This document shows, piece by piece, positions 9,674 through 16,412 of a stretch of 64,000 nt of DNA. Each line of letters begins with the position of its first letter. Position 1 is the first letter of the stretch. The notes beneath the pieces were generated by a model. The model did not search any database and was not told where the DNA came from. It saw only the letters and a list, made by a program, of their open reading frames with translations. Source of the stretch: Syntrophales bacterium (GTDB lineage Bacteria; Desulfobacterota; Syntrophia; Syntrophales; UBA2192). The translations under genes and the position numbers were made by a program. The DNA lies in the NCBI GenBank assembly GCA_036725345.1, contig DAIMEJ010000005.1:19717-83716 (forward strand), read 5' to 3'.

Positions 9674-9708
9674 AAAAAAAGGGCCGCAAGCCAATAAACC
9701 CGCAGCCC
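9674..9708 (-). terminator. displaced chromosomal tRNA-Cys terminator
   Basis: On the minus strand, GGGCTGCG-loop-TGCGGCCC followed by TTTTTTT, lying just 3' of the partial tRNA-Cys copy. Confidence 0.55.
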
Positions 9709-9721
9709 TTTTACTTTATTA

Positions 9722-9769
9722 TGGAGGCGGCAACCGGATTCGAACCGGTGAATAACGGTTTTGCAGACC
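9722..9769. repeat. att direct repeat (partial 3' copy of tRNA-Cys)
   Basis: 48 nt identical base for base to 20300-20347 (tRNA-Cys CCA end through the anticodon loop). The sequences diverge at 9770 / 20348. Confidence 0.9.
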
Positions 9770-9878
9770 AATCTTTAGTGTTTAAACCTACCTGATTTCA
9801 ATAACCTTTCCACCCTGCCCTTTTTCCCGTGTTGTGAAAATTGATGGGACTTAATTTTTCGAATGATTAATCTAGATG

Positions 9879-10157
9879 CTATTGCTTTAATTCTTTATTT
9901 TGGATTAAATACCATGACTCATTGGTTAACCAACCCCAATAATTATATCCAATTTCTGATATTATGAATCGATCATTCGGTAATTTTTCATGCAATTTTT
10001 CAGCAATTGTTTTTGCATCGTATTCCGACAACAAATAAAAACAACTTCTCATGTCATATCGCCATGTGATGATTTCTTTTATTGAGTTGATAATATTCAC
10101 CAACTCATCTCGTTTTTCTATTGATCTATTGTGAACTAATAAATAGACCTTTCTCAT
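9879..10157 (-). CDS. hypothetical small soluble protein (cargo cassette gene 2)
   Basis: 92-aa ORF in a strongly AT-rich block. Its start overlaps the upstream gene stop (ATGA, 10154-10157). No family recognised. Confidence 0.6.
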   Translation of the reverse strand: MRKVYLLVHNRSIEKRDELVNIINSIKEIITWRYDMRSCFYLLSEYDAKTIAEKLHEKLPNDRFIISEIGYNYWGWLTNESWYLIQNKELKQ

Positions 10158-10525
10158 TGTCCCCTATACTCAATCGTTGGCGTTTGTGGTGTCTCAATGA
10201 CTTTAGATAAATCAATAGCAGATGGAGATGGTTCACCCTTTTGTTGCATCAATTCTAACGATATTTTCTTTAATTGATATTCTTCTGATTGCAATTTGTC
10301 TCTGTCAAAAATCAATAAAAATAGAAAGCCGAAAACCGCAGTGGCAGCTGGTAAACTCATCAAAATTATAAGCCATGTCGGAGTAGGTGCTGCTAACCAA
10401 CAGCTCAAGAAAATAGCCAGCGGTGTAATTATAGCGCATAGCCATAAGATAGGGTTTAAGGCGCTTCGGACGGTAAGTTTTCCGCCTGCGTCTATTACCC
10501 TCGTTAAGATCTGCCCTCTATCCAT
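10154..10525 (-). CDS. hypothetical two-TM membrane protein (cargo cassette gene 1)
   Basis: 123 aa with two hydrophobic helices (ILWLCAIITPLAIFLSCWLAA, WLIILMSLPAATAVFGFLFLLIF) and a charged C-terminal tail. AT-rich promoter-like region upstream. Confidence 0.6.
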   Translation of the reverse strand: MDRGQILTRVIDAGGKLTVRSALNPILWLCAIITPLAIFLSCWLAAPTPTWLIILMSLPAATAVFGFLFLLIFDRDKLQSEEYQLKKISLELMQQKGEPSPSAIDLSKVIETPQTPTIEYRGQ

Positions 10526-10706
10526 ATATCCTTTAAAATTAAAAAAATAATACTTAGCTTTATTAAGAAGAGTGTTTTATATAACAAAAACTTTGAAATA
10601 ATTCATGTTAATTTTATTATGATTTTATGAAGAGGGCATTATCTTTTTAATCCCCTTTTGAATTTAAATCCCCCCCTAAAAGTACATTAACCGCCGAAGT
10701 GCTTCC

Positions 10707-11804
10707 TCAAGAAGAAAAACTTTCTTTGACACTCTCCATCACGATAAGTTTAGTTTTGGAAATGTTATCTAACAATTTCACCGCATTTAGTTTATGGCCC
10801 GGAAGCGGATGCTGATACCTCAATGCCATCTTAATCGTCTTGTGTCCCATGATTTCCATGATCGTTTTCACATCAACCCCCGCCATGCCGAGCCGTGATC
10901 CGAAAGTGTGACGAAGGTCATGGAACCTGAACCGAACCTCTTTCAGTTCACCACGGACATTTTCGAAACGCTTTAACCCCGCCTTGTCTATTGCCGTCCA
11001 GAAGGCGTTAGTGAGGACGGTCAGCCTTTCCCCCTTTTCGTTGCAGAAAACATATTCGGATTTCTCGTCTTCGATGCGTTTTCTCAGGATAGCGATCGCC
11101 GTTGCGTTGATCGGCACATTGCGGCCCTCTGTGTTCTTGGTCACGGTGACGCTGACATAACGATCCTTCAGGCGCACATCCTGTACCCGCAGGTTCATGA
11201 TCTCCCCGAGCCTCATCCCCGTATTGAGGGCGAATGTGACCATGCCCGGAAGGTACTTCTCCCGTTGTGGTCGATCCTCGCAAGCCTGAATGAGCCTCTT
11301 TTCCTCTTCCGGGGTCAGTACCCACATCTTCTCGTTATCCTCTTTGAGCATCTTCACCCTGACAAGGGGATTGTGATTAAGCAGTTTCCACTCGACGGCC
11401 TTGTTGAGCATGTTCCGAAGCGTGGCGATGTCCCTGTTCACCGTCGCGGGGGCCTTCTTCCCTTCCCTTCTCGCCTTCCTGAATTGCTCCACGGAAAAGG
11501 GGGTGATGTCGCCGAGCATCTTCCCGTCGAAGTGCTTTTTCAGGGTGTCGATCGAAACCCCGTTGCGCTTCGCCGACCCCGGCTTCTTGTTTGCCCCGGC
11601 GTACTTCATGTACCGCTTCGCGAAATCATCAAAGAGGATTTTCTTGATCTTCGGCTTCCACTCCCCCTGAATGACCTCTTGCCTGCGTATGACGAGCTTC
11701 TCCTTCGCCACGGTCCTGCTCACCGGGCCGACACACTCGCTGTACCGCCTGCCGTCATAAACGAAATCTATGTAGTGACTTTTGCCTCTTTTATAGACGC
11801 CCAT
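10707..11804 (-). CDS. int: tyrosine-type site-specific integrase
   Basis: 365 aa with the C-terminal catalytic signature HDLRHTFGSRLGMAGVDVKTIMEIMGHKTIKMALRYQH and an upstream NTGMRLGEI Arg box. Confidence 0.95.
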   Translation of the reverse strand: MGVYKRGKSHYIDFVYDGRRYSECVGPVSRTVAKEKLVIRRQEVIQGEWKPKIKKILFDDFAKRYMKYAGANKKPGSAKRNGVSIDTLKKHFDGKMLGDITPFSVEQFRKARREGKKAPATVNRDIATLRNMLNKAVEWKLLNHNPLVRVKMLKEDNEKMWVLTPEEEKRLIQACEDRPQREKYLPGMVTFALNTGMRLGEIMNLRVQDVRLKDRYVSVTVTKNTEGRNVPINATAIAILRKRIEDEKSEYVFCNEKGERLTVLTNAFWTAIDKAGLKRFENVRGELKEVRFRFHDLRHTFGSRLGMAGVDVKTIMEIMGHKTIKMALRYQHPLPGHKLNAVKLLDNISKTKLIVMESVKESFSS

Positions 11805-11835
11805 ATAATCACCTTCCTTCTTTTTCGTAACTTCA

Positions 11836-12132
11836 TCATATCTTGTTGTTTTTTTCAGCTTTGTCCAATCTGTCTAATTCCTTTTCTAATTCATCCAGTA
11901 CTCCATCTAAATCACTTTTATTCATGCGTGCTTGCTTGAGTGCCTCCCTATGCGATTTTCCTTCTCTATAAATGTAGAACAGAATCAACGGCCAGAAAAT
12001 GATACCCAACAAAACAAAATGTAAGTTCCTTAAATCAATCTTTCTGTCAAAACCATGAGCTTGCGATTGTCGAATCTTATAATAAACAACTAATACCCCT
12101 ACGATTAACCATCCCAAGACAACCTTTGTCAT
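11836..12132 (-). CDS. hypothetical two-TM membrane protein with coiled-coil tail
   Basis: 98 aa with helices VVLGWLIVGVLVVYY and FVLLGIIFWPLILFYIY, then LDGVLDELEKELDRLDKAEK. AT-rich DNA. Confidence 0.55.
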   Translation of the reverse strand: MTKVVLGWLIVGVLVVYYKIRQSQAHGFDRKIDLRNLHFVLLGIIFWPLILFYIYREGKSHREALKQARMNKSDLDGVLDELEKELDRLDKAEKNNKI

Positions 12133-12319
12133 GGCACTGTCCCCCTAAATGCTTTGATTTCAAAATTTATCTTCTTTCTGTGAAACCCCTACCTATACAA
12201 AAAAGCCTGAGACCTTCCCCGGAGCATAAGCATCCGCCCAAGCGTCGCCGCCGTGGGGATCTCAGGCTTTCTAATCTTGTCCTGTTTCATTGCTTATGCC
12301 TCGGGAATTTAGTTTTATA

Positions 12320-12331
12320 AGTTATATAACT
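12320..12331. promoter_or_regulatory. perfect 12-bp palindrome, candidate operator
   Basis: AGTTATATAACT lies in the divergent intergenic region, 66 nt upstream of the RHH gene start. Confidence 0.3.
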
Positions 12332-12396
12332 ATATGCACCTATTAAATCAAGAAAAATTACGTTGCGGATAATACCGCGTTTCGGTATAAAAGGCC

Positions 12397-12567
12397 ATGT
12401 CAACCGAGTTGCCAAAAATCATTTTTCACCTTGATGAATCGTTACTGAAGCGCCTTGATGATTTCCGTTTCAAGCATCGCATCAATTTCAGGTCCGCCGC
12501 CATCCGACGCCTTCTCGAAGAAGCCTTGAAGAAATACGAGAAACGCTCGATGAAGAAAGGGGGATGA
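12397..12567 (+). CDS. ribbon-helix-helix (CopG/Arc/MetJ-like) DNA-binding protein
   Basis: 56-aa ORF below the track cutoff, translated by hand: MSTELPKIIFHLDESLLKRLDDFRFKHRINFRSAAIRRLLEEALKKYEKRSMKKGG. It shows a beta-strand-helix-helix pattern. Its stop is 4 nt before the next gene. Confidence 0.65.
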   Translation: MSTELPKIIFHLDESLLKRLDDFRFKHRINFRSAAIRRLLEEALKKYEKRSMKKGG

Positions 12568-12571
12568 TATA

Positions 12572-13048
12572 TTGAGGAAATATTTTACCCTTCTTTTCAT
12601 ATTTGCTGTCTTGACACCCACTAATCTTTTTGCGGCTGATTTCTATCTATATCTGGATAACTGCAAAGCCACCGTGGGATACCTCGTCGAATCCAAAGAA
12701 AATATCAAAACAGTTGATTTTGATGAAATGATCATTTCGTGTAGTAGAGTATCCCAGACAATTAAATGCGAAACGGTTTTTTTTGAAGGACAAAAAGCCA
12801 TTCAAGAGAAAAAGTTTGAATACTTCGTTGAGTTAGATTCTCCGCCGATTCTCATTTTCACCGACACAATACGGAGCGACTATTTCGTGGTAGATCTTAA
12901 TCAACACGCCGTGACAATGGTTTCACGAGTTTTGGGTGAAAAATTTGCAGGATCTAAAATTTGCACGGGCCTATATTTTACTGAGAGTGAAAGAAAATTG
13001 TTAGAAGAGAAGAAGCCCCGCACTCCTACCCCTACCCGCAAAAAATAA
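12572..13048 (+). CDS. hypothetical secreted protein
   Basis: 158 aa with a TTG start and signal peptide MRKYFTLLFIFAVLTPTNLFA. It has four Cys and a basic Pro/Thr tail. No family recognised. Confidence 0.55.
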   Translation: MRKYFTLLFIFAVLTPTNLFAADFYLYLDNCKATVGYLVESKENIKTVDFDEMIISCSRVSQTIKCETVFFEGQKAIQEKKFEYFVELDSPPILIFTDTIRSDYFVVDLNQHAVTMVSRVLGEKFAGSKICTGLYFTESERKLLEEKKPRTPTPTRKK

Positions 13049-13121
13049 TCGCCCTGAATCAATCCTGCGAAGCCCTGAATAGGCATTGACGCCCTGTCCC
13101 CGGAGTGGTATCAAATTCGAC

Positions 13122-13424
13122 ATGGATATTTCAGACCGTGATGACAATATAATCACCCTGCTCGCCTATTATCTGCACCTTGATGCGCTTAAAAAAGAGG
13201 GCCTCCTTGACAATGAATTGTTAATTAAATTTTATGAAAATTTAACTGACGAACAAAAGATGCATCTTGTTTTCTTCCAATACAAACAAATATCACTTGC
13301 TAACGAATGGAAGAAATTTCTTGAGAACCCCGAACCTAATATCAGCCGTTCCGAAGCCGTCCGTCGCACCTTTGATGAAGCCATGAAGAAATTCGAAGAA
13401 CGGATAAAAAAAACGGAAAAGTGA
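13122..13424 (+). CDS. hypothetical helical protein
   Basis: ORF 13086-13424. The ATG at 13122 (MDISDRDD...) is the likelier start. AT-rich, and no family recognised. Confidence 0.5.
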   Translation: MDISDRDDNIITLLAYYLHLDALKKEGLLDNELLIKFYENLTDEQKMHLVFFQYKQISLANEWKKFLENPEPNISRSEAVRRTFDEAMKKFEERIKKTEK

Positions 13425-13439
13425 GCCTCCTTTCCGCCC

Positions 13440-13544
13440 TCACCGCACCATAAACGAAAGAATCCAAAAGATCACAGCCGCCGTCACTATAAAGCAATAG
13501 ACGATCCCCGGCGGGCTTTTGATTAAGTCTCTGAAAGTCTCCAT
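13440..13544 (-). CDS. possible 34-aa single-TM peptide
   Basis: Hand translation METFRDLIKSPPGIVYCFIVTAAVIFWILSFMVR. Its ATG is 2 nt after the stop of the upstream HTH gene. Support comes only from position and hydrophobicity. Confidence 0.25.
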   Translation of the reverse strand: METFRDLIKSPPGIVYCFIVTAAVIFWILSFMVR

Positions 13545-13545
13545 G

Positions 13546-13857
13546 TCATTTCTCCGTTGATCCGTTCTGAATGAGGGCGATCACGCTCGACCTGAAGATA
13601 CGGATCATCTTCCCCGTCGGATTGATGCCCCTGATGATGCCCTCGTCCTGCCATTCATAAATTTTCTTGATGGACACCCTGAAGAAAGCCGCAACCTCTT
13701 TCGGCTTCAGGAGATCACGATCGGGAAGCCCTTCGATGCTTTTCAAAGAGTGCGCCGCCTTCCCCTGCCAATCTTTTTTTAGGGACGGCCCGGAAGAAAG
13801 GGGAAAAAACCGGGCCATCCCCCGGAAAAGAGGTGACGGTATCGCCTGCGCTAACAA
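13546..13857 (-). CDS. excisionase-type (HTH_17/MerR-like) DNA-binding protein
   Basis: C-terminal LLKPKEVAAFFRVSIKKIYEWQDEGIIRGI helix-turn-helix. The start may be the internal Met at 13818. Confidence 0.7.
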   Translation of the reverse strand: MLAQAIPSPLFRGMARFFPLSSGPSLKKDWQGKAAHSLKSIEGLPDRDLLKPKEVAAFFRVSIKKIYEWQDEGIIRGINPTGKMIRIFRSSVIALIQNGSTEK

Positions 13858-13929
13858 AGGGATTTAACCCCGCGCGGCACACAGGCGATTTTCCGCGCCC
13901 GTCATCACGGTCAAGACGCCGCGCTTAAC

Positions 13930-15225
13930 TTATGTGAGGATCGCGGCCCACGAAAGCGAATCCGATCCGTTTGCGGGCGTGATCGCCGACTTCCAGATCG
14001 AAACGCCGTCCGCACGCAGGCAGGCCCGCCACGAAATCAAGTCCTCGGACCATCTCGCGCTGTTCGTGCTTTCAAGCGTCACTTCCTGCCTCATGGCGAG
14101 GATATACTGCGAGAGATCGGCGCAGACCAGATCGCCCTTTGTCCCGAGGGCCGAGAGCCGATCGGACACGATCAAAGGCCTGCCTAAAATGCTCATCGCA
14201 AAATCGCCCTGAATGTTCCCGCCCGAGATCGGCCAGATCAGGCCGTTCGCATCGTCCTTCAATCTCAAAATTTGCAGAAAAGCCCCCGGAGAGCATATCC
14301 AGACAACATTCGTGAGAAGCGGGGGCCAGATGCGCGAGAGCATCGCGGTGATGTCCGCATATCCGATCGCTCCCGCCGTCGCCCTCGCGATGCTGACCGC
14401 CGAGGGGGAGTCGATAACGCCCAACGGCTGACCGACGCCGCTCCCGACGAGGATCGCCTTGTCAAGACCCCCGGCGATCGCCTGCACAAGAGCGCCGCCT
14501 AACTGTGTCCCGAAGTCGATCCCGTCCTGCACAAGCTCCCTCGACGCCGAGGCATAAACGATCAGTTTTTTCGGAGTGAGAAGGACGCTCGTTAGTTCCG
14601 GGGACACTTCGGTTGATGCCGTGGCCTCGGCGGTCCATGTCGCTTCGATGTTCCCGACTTCTCCCGTGGTCCGGTCGAAAGAGTTCCACAGGGGGAAGTT
14701 CGTGTCGCCTGTCACCGGGACGGTTCGGACATACTTTGCCGTCACGCTTTGCGCCGCGATCAGGTTGACAAGGGCCGCGGACCAAAATTCTGGCACAAGA
14801 AAACCTCCCAGAACGCCCCCGCCTGCGATGTTCGTCCTTCTCTCGACGGTCCCGGTCGCCACGGCGTTGCAGAAGTCGCTGAAGCTGTCATACCCACCGC
14901 GATCCTCGGACGGCCCGAAAAGCCGCCGATAGTCAAGGCCGATCTGACCGAGCCGGGGGATCGGATCGAGCGATCGGGTTGTTTTGGGCTGATGAAGCCG
15001 TCTGATCGGCTCATTATCCCTGCGATCCAGTTCGGCGAAGATTTCCTTTTCCTGTTTTTCGAGATCGCGGTATTTCTGATCCTCGGCCTCCGACAGTTCC
15101 CCGGCCTTCTCGCTGTCCGTGAGAATACGGCTCATGCGATGCAGGATGTCCCCGCGATTCTCCCTCAATTCCGCGTCTGACATTTTCTTGAAATCTGGGT
15201 TCGTTGTTTCGGTGCGTGCTTTCAT
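13930..15225 (-). CDS. phage major capsid protein, HK97 family
   Basis: 431 aa. Charged coiled-coil N-terminal (delta-like) segment, then GGFLVPEFW, SRELVQDGIDF, GSGVGQPLGV and ILGRPLIVSD blocks typical of the Phage_capsid/HK97 family. GGAGG RBS. Confidence 0.9.
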   Translation of the reverse strand: MKARTETTNPDFKKMSDAELRENRGDILHRMSRILTDSEKAGELSEAEDQKYRDLEKQEKEIFAELDRRDNEPIRRLHQPKTTRSLDPIPRLGQIGLDYRRLFGPSEDRGGYDSFSDFCNAVATGTVERRTNIAGGGVLGGFLVPEFWSAALVNLIAAQSVTAKYVRTVPVTGDTNFPLWNSFDRTTGEVGNIEATWTAEATASTEVSPELTSVLLTPKKLIVYASASRELVQDGIDFGTQLGGALVQAIAGGLDKAILVGSGVGQPLGVIDSPSAVSIARATAGAIGYADITAMLSRIWPPLLTNVVWICSPGAFLQILRLKDDANGLIWPISGGNIQGDFAMSILGRPLIVSDRLSALGTKGDLVCADLSQYILAMRQEVTLESTNSARWSEDLISWRACLRADGVSIWKSAITPANGSDSLSWAAILT

Positions 15226-15261
15226 TTATCCTCCATTGAAGGTTGAATTTGCCTTCCACAC

Positions 15262-15329
15262 CGACCACAAAATAAAAAACGGGCGTTGCCTTCCTTATCC
15301 CTCCTCAGAGGGGGAAAGCACGCCCGTTT
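15262..15329 (-). terminator. strong intrinsic terminator immediately upstream of the capsid gene
   Basis: On the minus strand, AAACGGGCGT...(inner CCCCCTCtgagGAGGG)...ACGCCCGTTT followed by TTTATTTT. It lies between the 95-aa ORF stop (15387) and the MCP start (15225). Confidence 0.7.
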
Positions 15330-15386
15330 CAATTTCATGGCGGCTTCTATGTTCTTTTTTATTCATATCACATCCTGACCTGATAT

Positions 15387-15674
15387 TCAATCGGAATCAT
15401 CATGACGCCGCTTTTTCGGCATCTCATAATCATAATAGGCGCGGGGCTTCTCGTCGGCCTTCAGGGTCACGAACACGCCGGGGAGCCGGGGCTTCCCCGC
15501 AAGGCCCATGAGATAGGCGCGGTTCGCAAACCATCTTTCCCTGCGCTCGGAATCGTCGCGGAAGGGATAGCCACCGCCCAAGTGCCAGCCAGCCAATAAA
15601 TGCGCCGTCTGAAACGGGGTCAGACCGGAATCATTCAGGCGTTCGATTTTTTTCTTGACGGGCTTCCTCGGCAT
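15387..15674 (-). CDS. hypothetical protein (95 aa)
   Basis: Trimmed from ORF 15387-15845 to the ATG at 15674, which follows GAGGAT and lies 10 nt after the terS stop. No family recognised. Confidence 0.5.
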   Translation of the reverse strand: MPRKPVKKKIERLNDSGLTPFQTAHLLAGWHLGGGYPFRDDSERRERWFANRAYLMGLAGKPRLPGVFVTLKADEKPRAYYDYEMPKKRRHDDSD

Positions 15675-15684
15675 ATTCTGATCC

Positions 15685-16014
15685 TCACTTATAAAGTCCC
15701 GGCGGGCGGCTCTCGGGGATGCTCCCGAGATCGATCGCGATCTCGCGGACGGCCCGCAGGAATCCGATCCGCGATTGCTGAATGATCTTCGTCCCGGGAT
15801 GCTCCACAAGCCCGCCGTATCGGTTCCTGATGAACATCCCGTCACTTTCGATCGCCTTCATCGCCTGATCCTCATCGTCGAGAAAAAGGCACGCCCGCTC
15901 AAGACGGGCGAGATCGTGAGCGTCCCTGATCTCAAATTCTTTAAGAACGGCTATCCAGAATTTTCGGCCCGCTTCCTTCAGGGTCGAAGGCGGCTCCGGT
16001 TTGTCAATCGTCAT
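15685..16014 (-). CDS. phage terminase small subunit, P27 family
   Basis: 109 aa. The pattern GRKFWIAVLKEFEIRDAHDLARLERACLFLDDEDQAMKAI...GGLVEHPG resembles Terminase_4 (P27) small subunits. Confidence 0.8.
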   Translation of the reverse strand: MTIDKPEPPSTLKEAGRKFWIAVLKEFEIRDAHDLARLERACLFLDDEDQAMKAIESDGMFIRNRYGGLVEHPGTKIIQQSRIGFLRAVREIAIDLGSIPESRPPGLYK

Positions 16015-16117
16015 ACATACTCCCTCAATCGCTTTGAACAGGGTGAAAACGCACTAAGCGGACAGACCGGGAGCGTTATACGACGGAAAGTTTTTCGAAA
16101 GTCGATGCCCCCCGGCG

Positions 16118-16339
16118 TCATTGAATAAGCCTCGGTTTCCCGTCAATGCCCTGTTCCTCAAGTTCCTGTGCGGCTCTGTCCACAAGATATTGCCCGATGA
16201 TGCCGACGATCCCCTGAAGCGTTATCGCCGCGTTTTGCAGGCCTTCGAGATCGCCCTTTGCCATGAAGCCGTTCACCCACGCCGCGATCCGCTCGACCTC
16301 TTTTCGGTTCTCACGCATGAATTTGTCTGGTTTGTCCAT
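16118..16339 (-). CDS. hypothetical protein (73 aa)
   Basis: ORF sits in operon position between the primase and terS. No family recognised. Confidence 0.5.
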   Translation of the reverse strand: MDKPDKFMRENRKEVERIAAWVNGFMAKGDLEGLQNAAITLQGIVGIIGQYLVDRAAQELEEQGIDGKPRLIQ

Positions 16340-16412
16340 GTTCGTTCCTCTCTGTTTTTTTTAGATTCGCCCCGGCCCGATTCCGTGCGCTCAGACAAGA
16401 TTTCCCTTGTGG

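Noticed and set aside
9580-9771. N-terminal extension of the lipoprotein ORF (242-aa version)
   Set aside because: The extension reads through the tRNA-derived att repeat and the displaced terminator. A good RBS and a signal peptide begin at the internal ATG at 9579.
15675-15845. Upstream part of the 152-aa ORF 15387-15845
   Set aside because: It overlaps the P27 small terminase gene out of frame. The ATG at 15674 has an RBS directly after the terS stop, so only the 95-aa version was kept.
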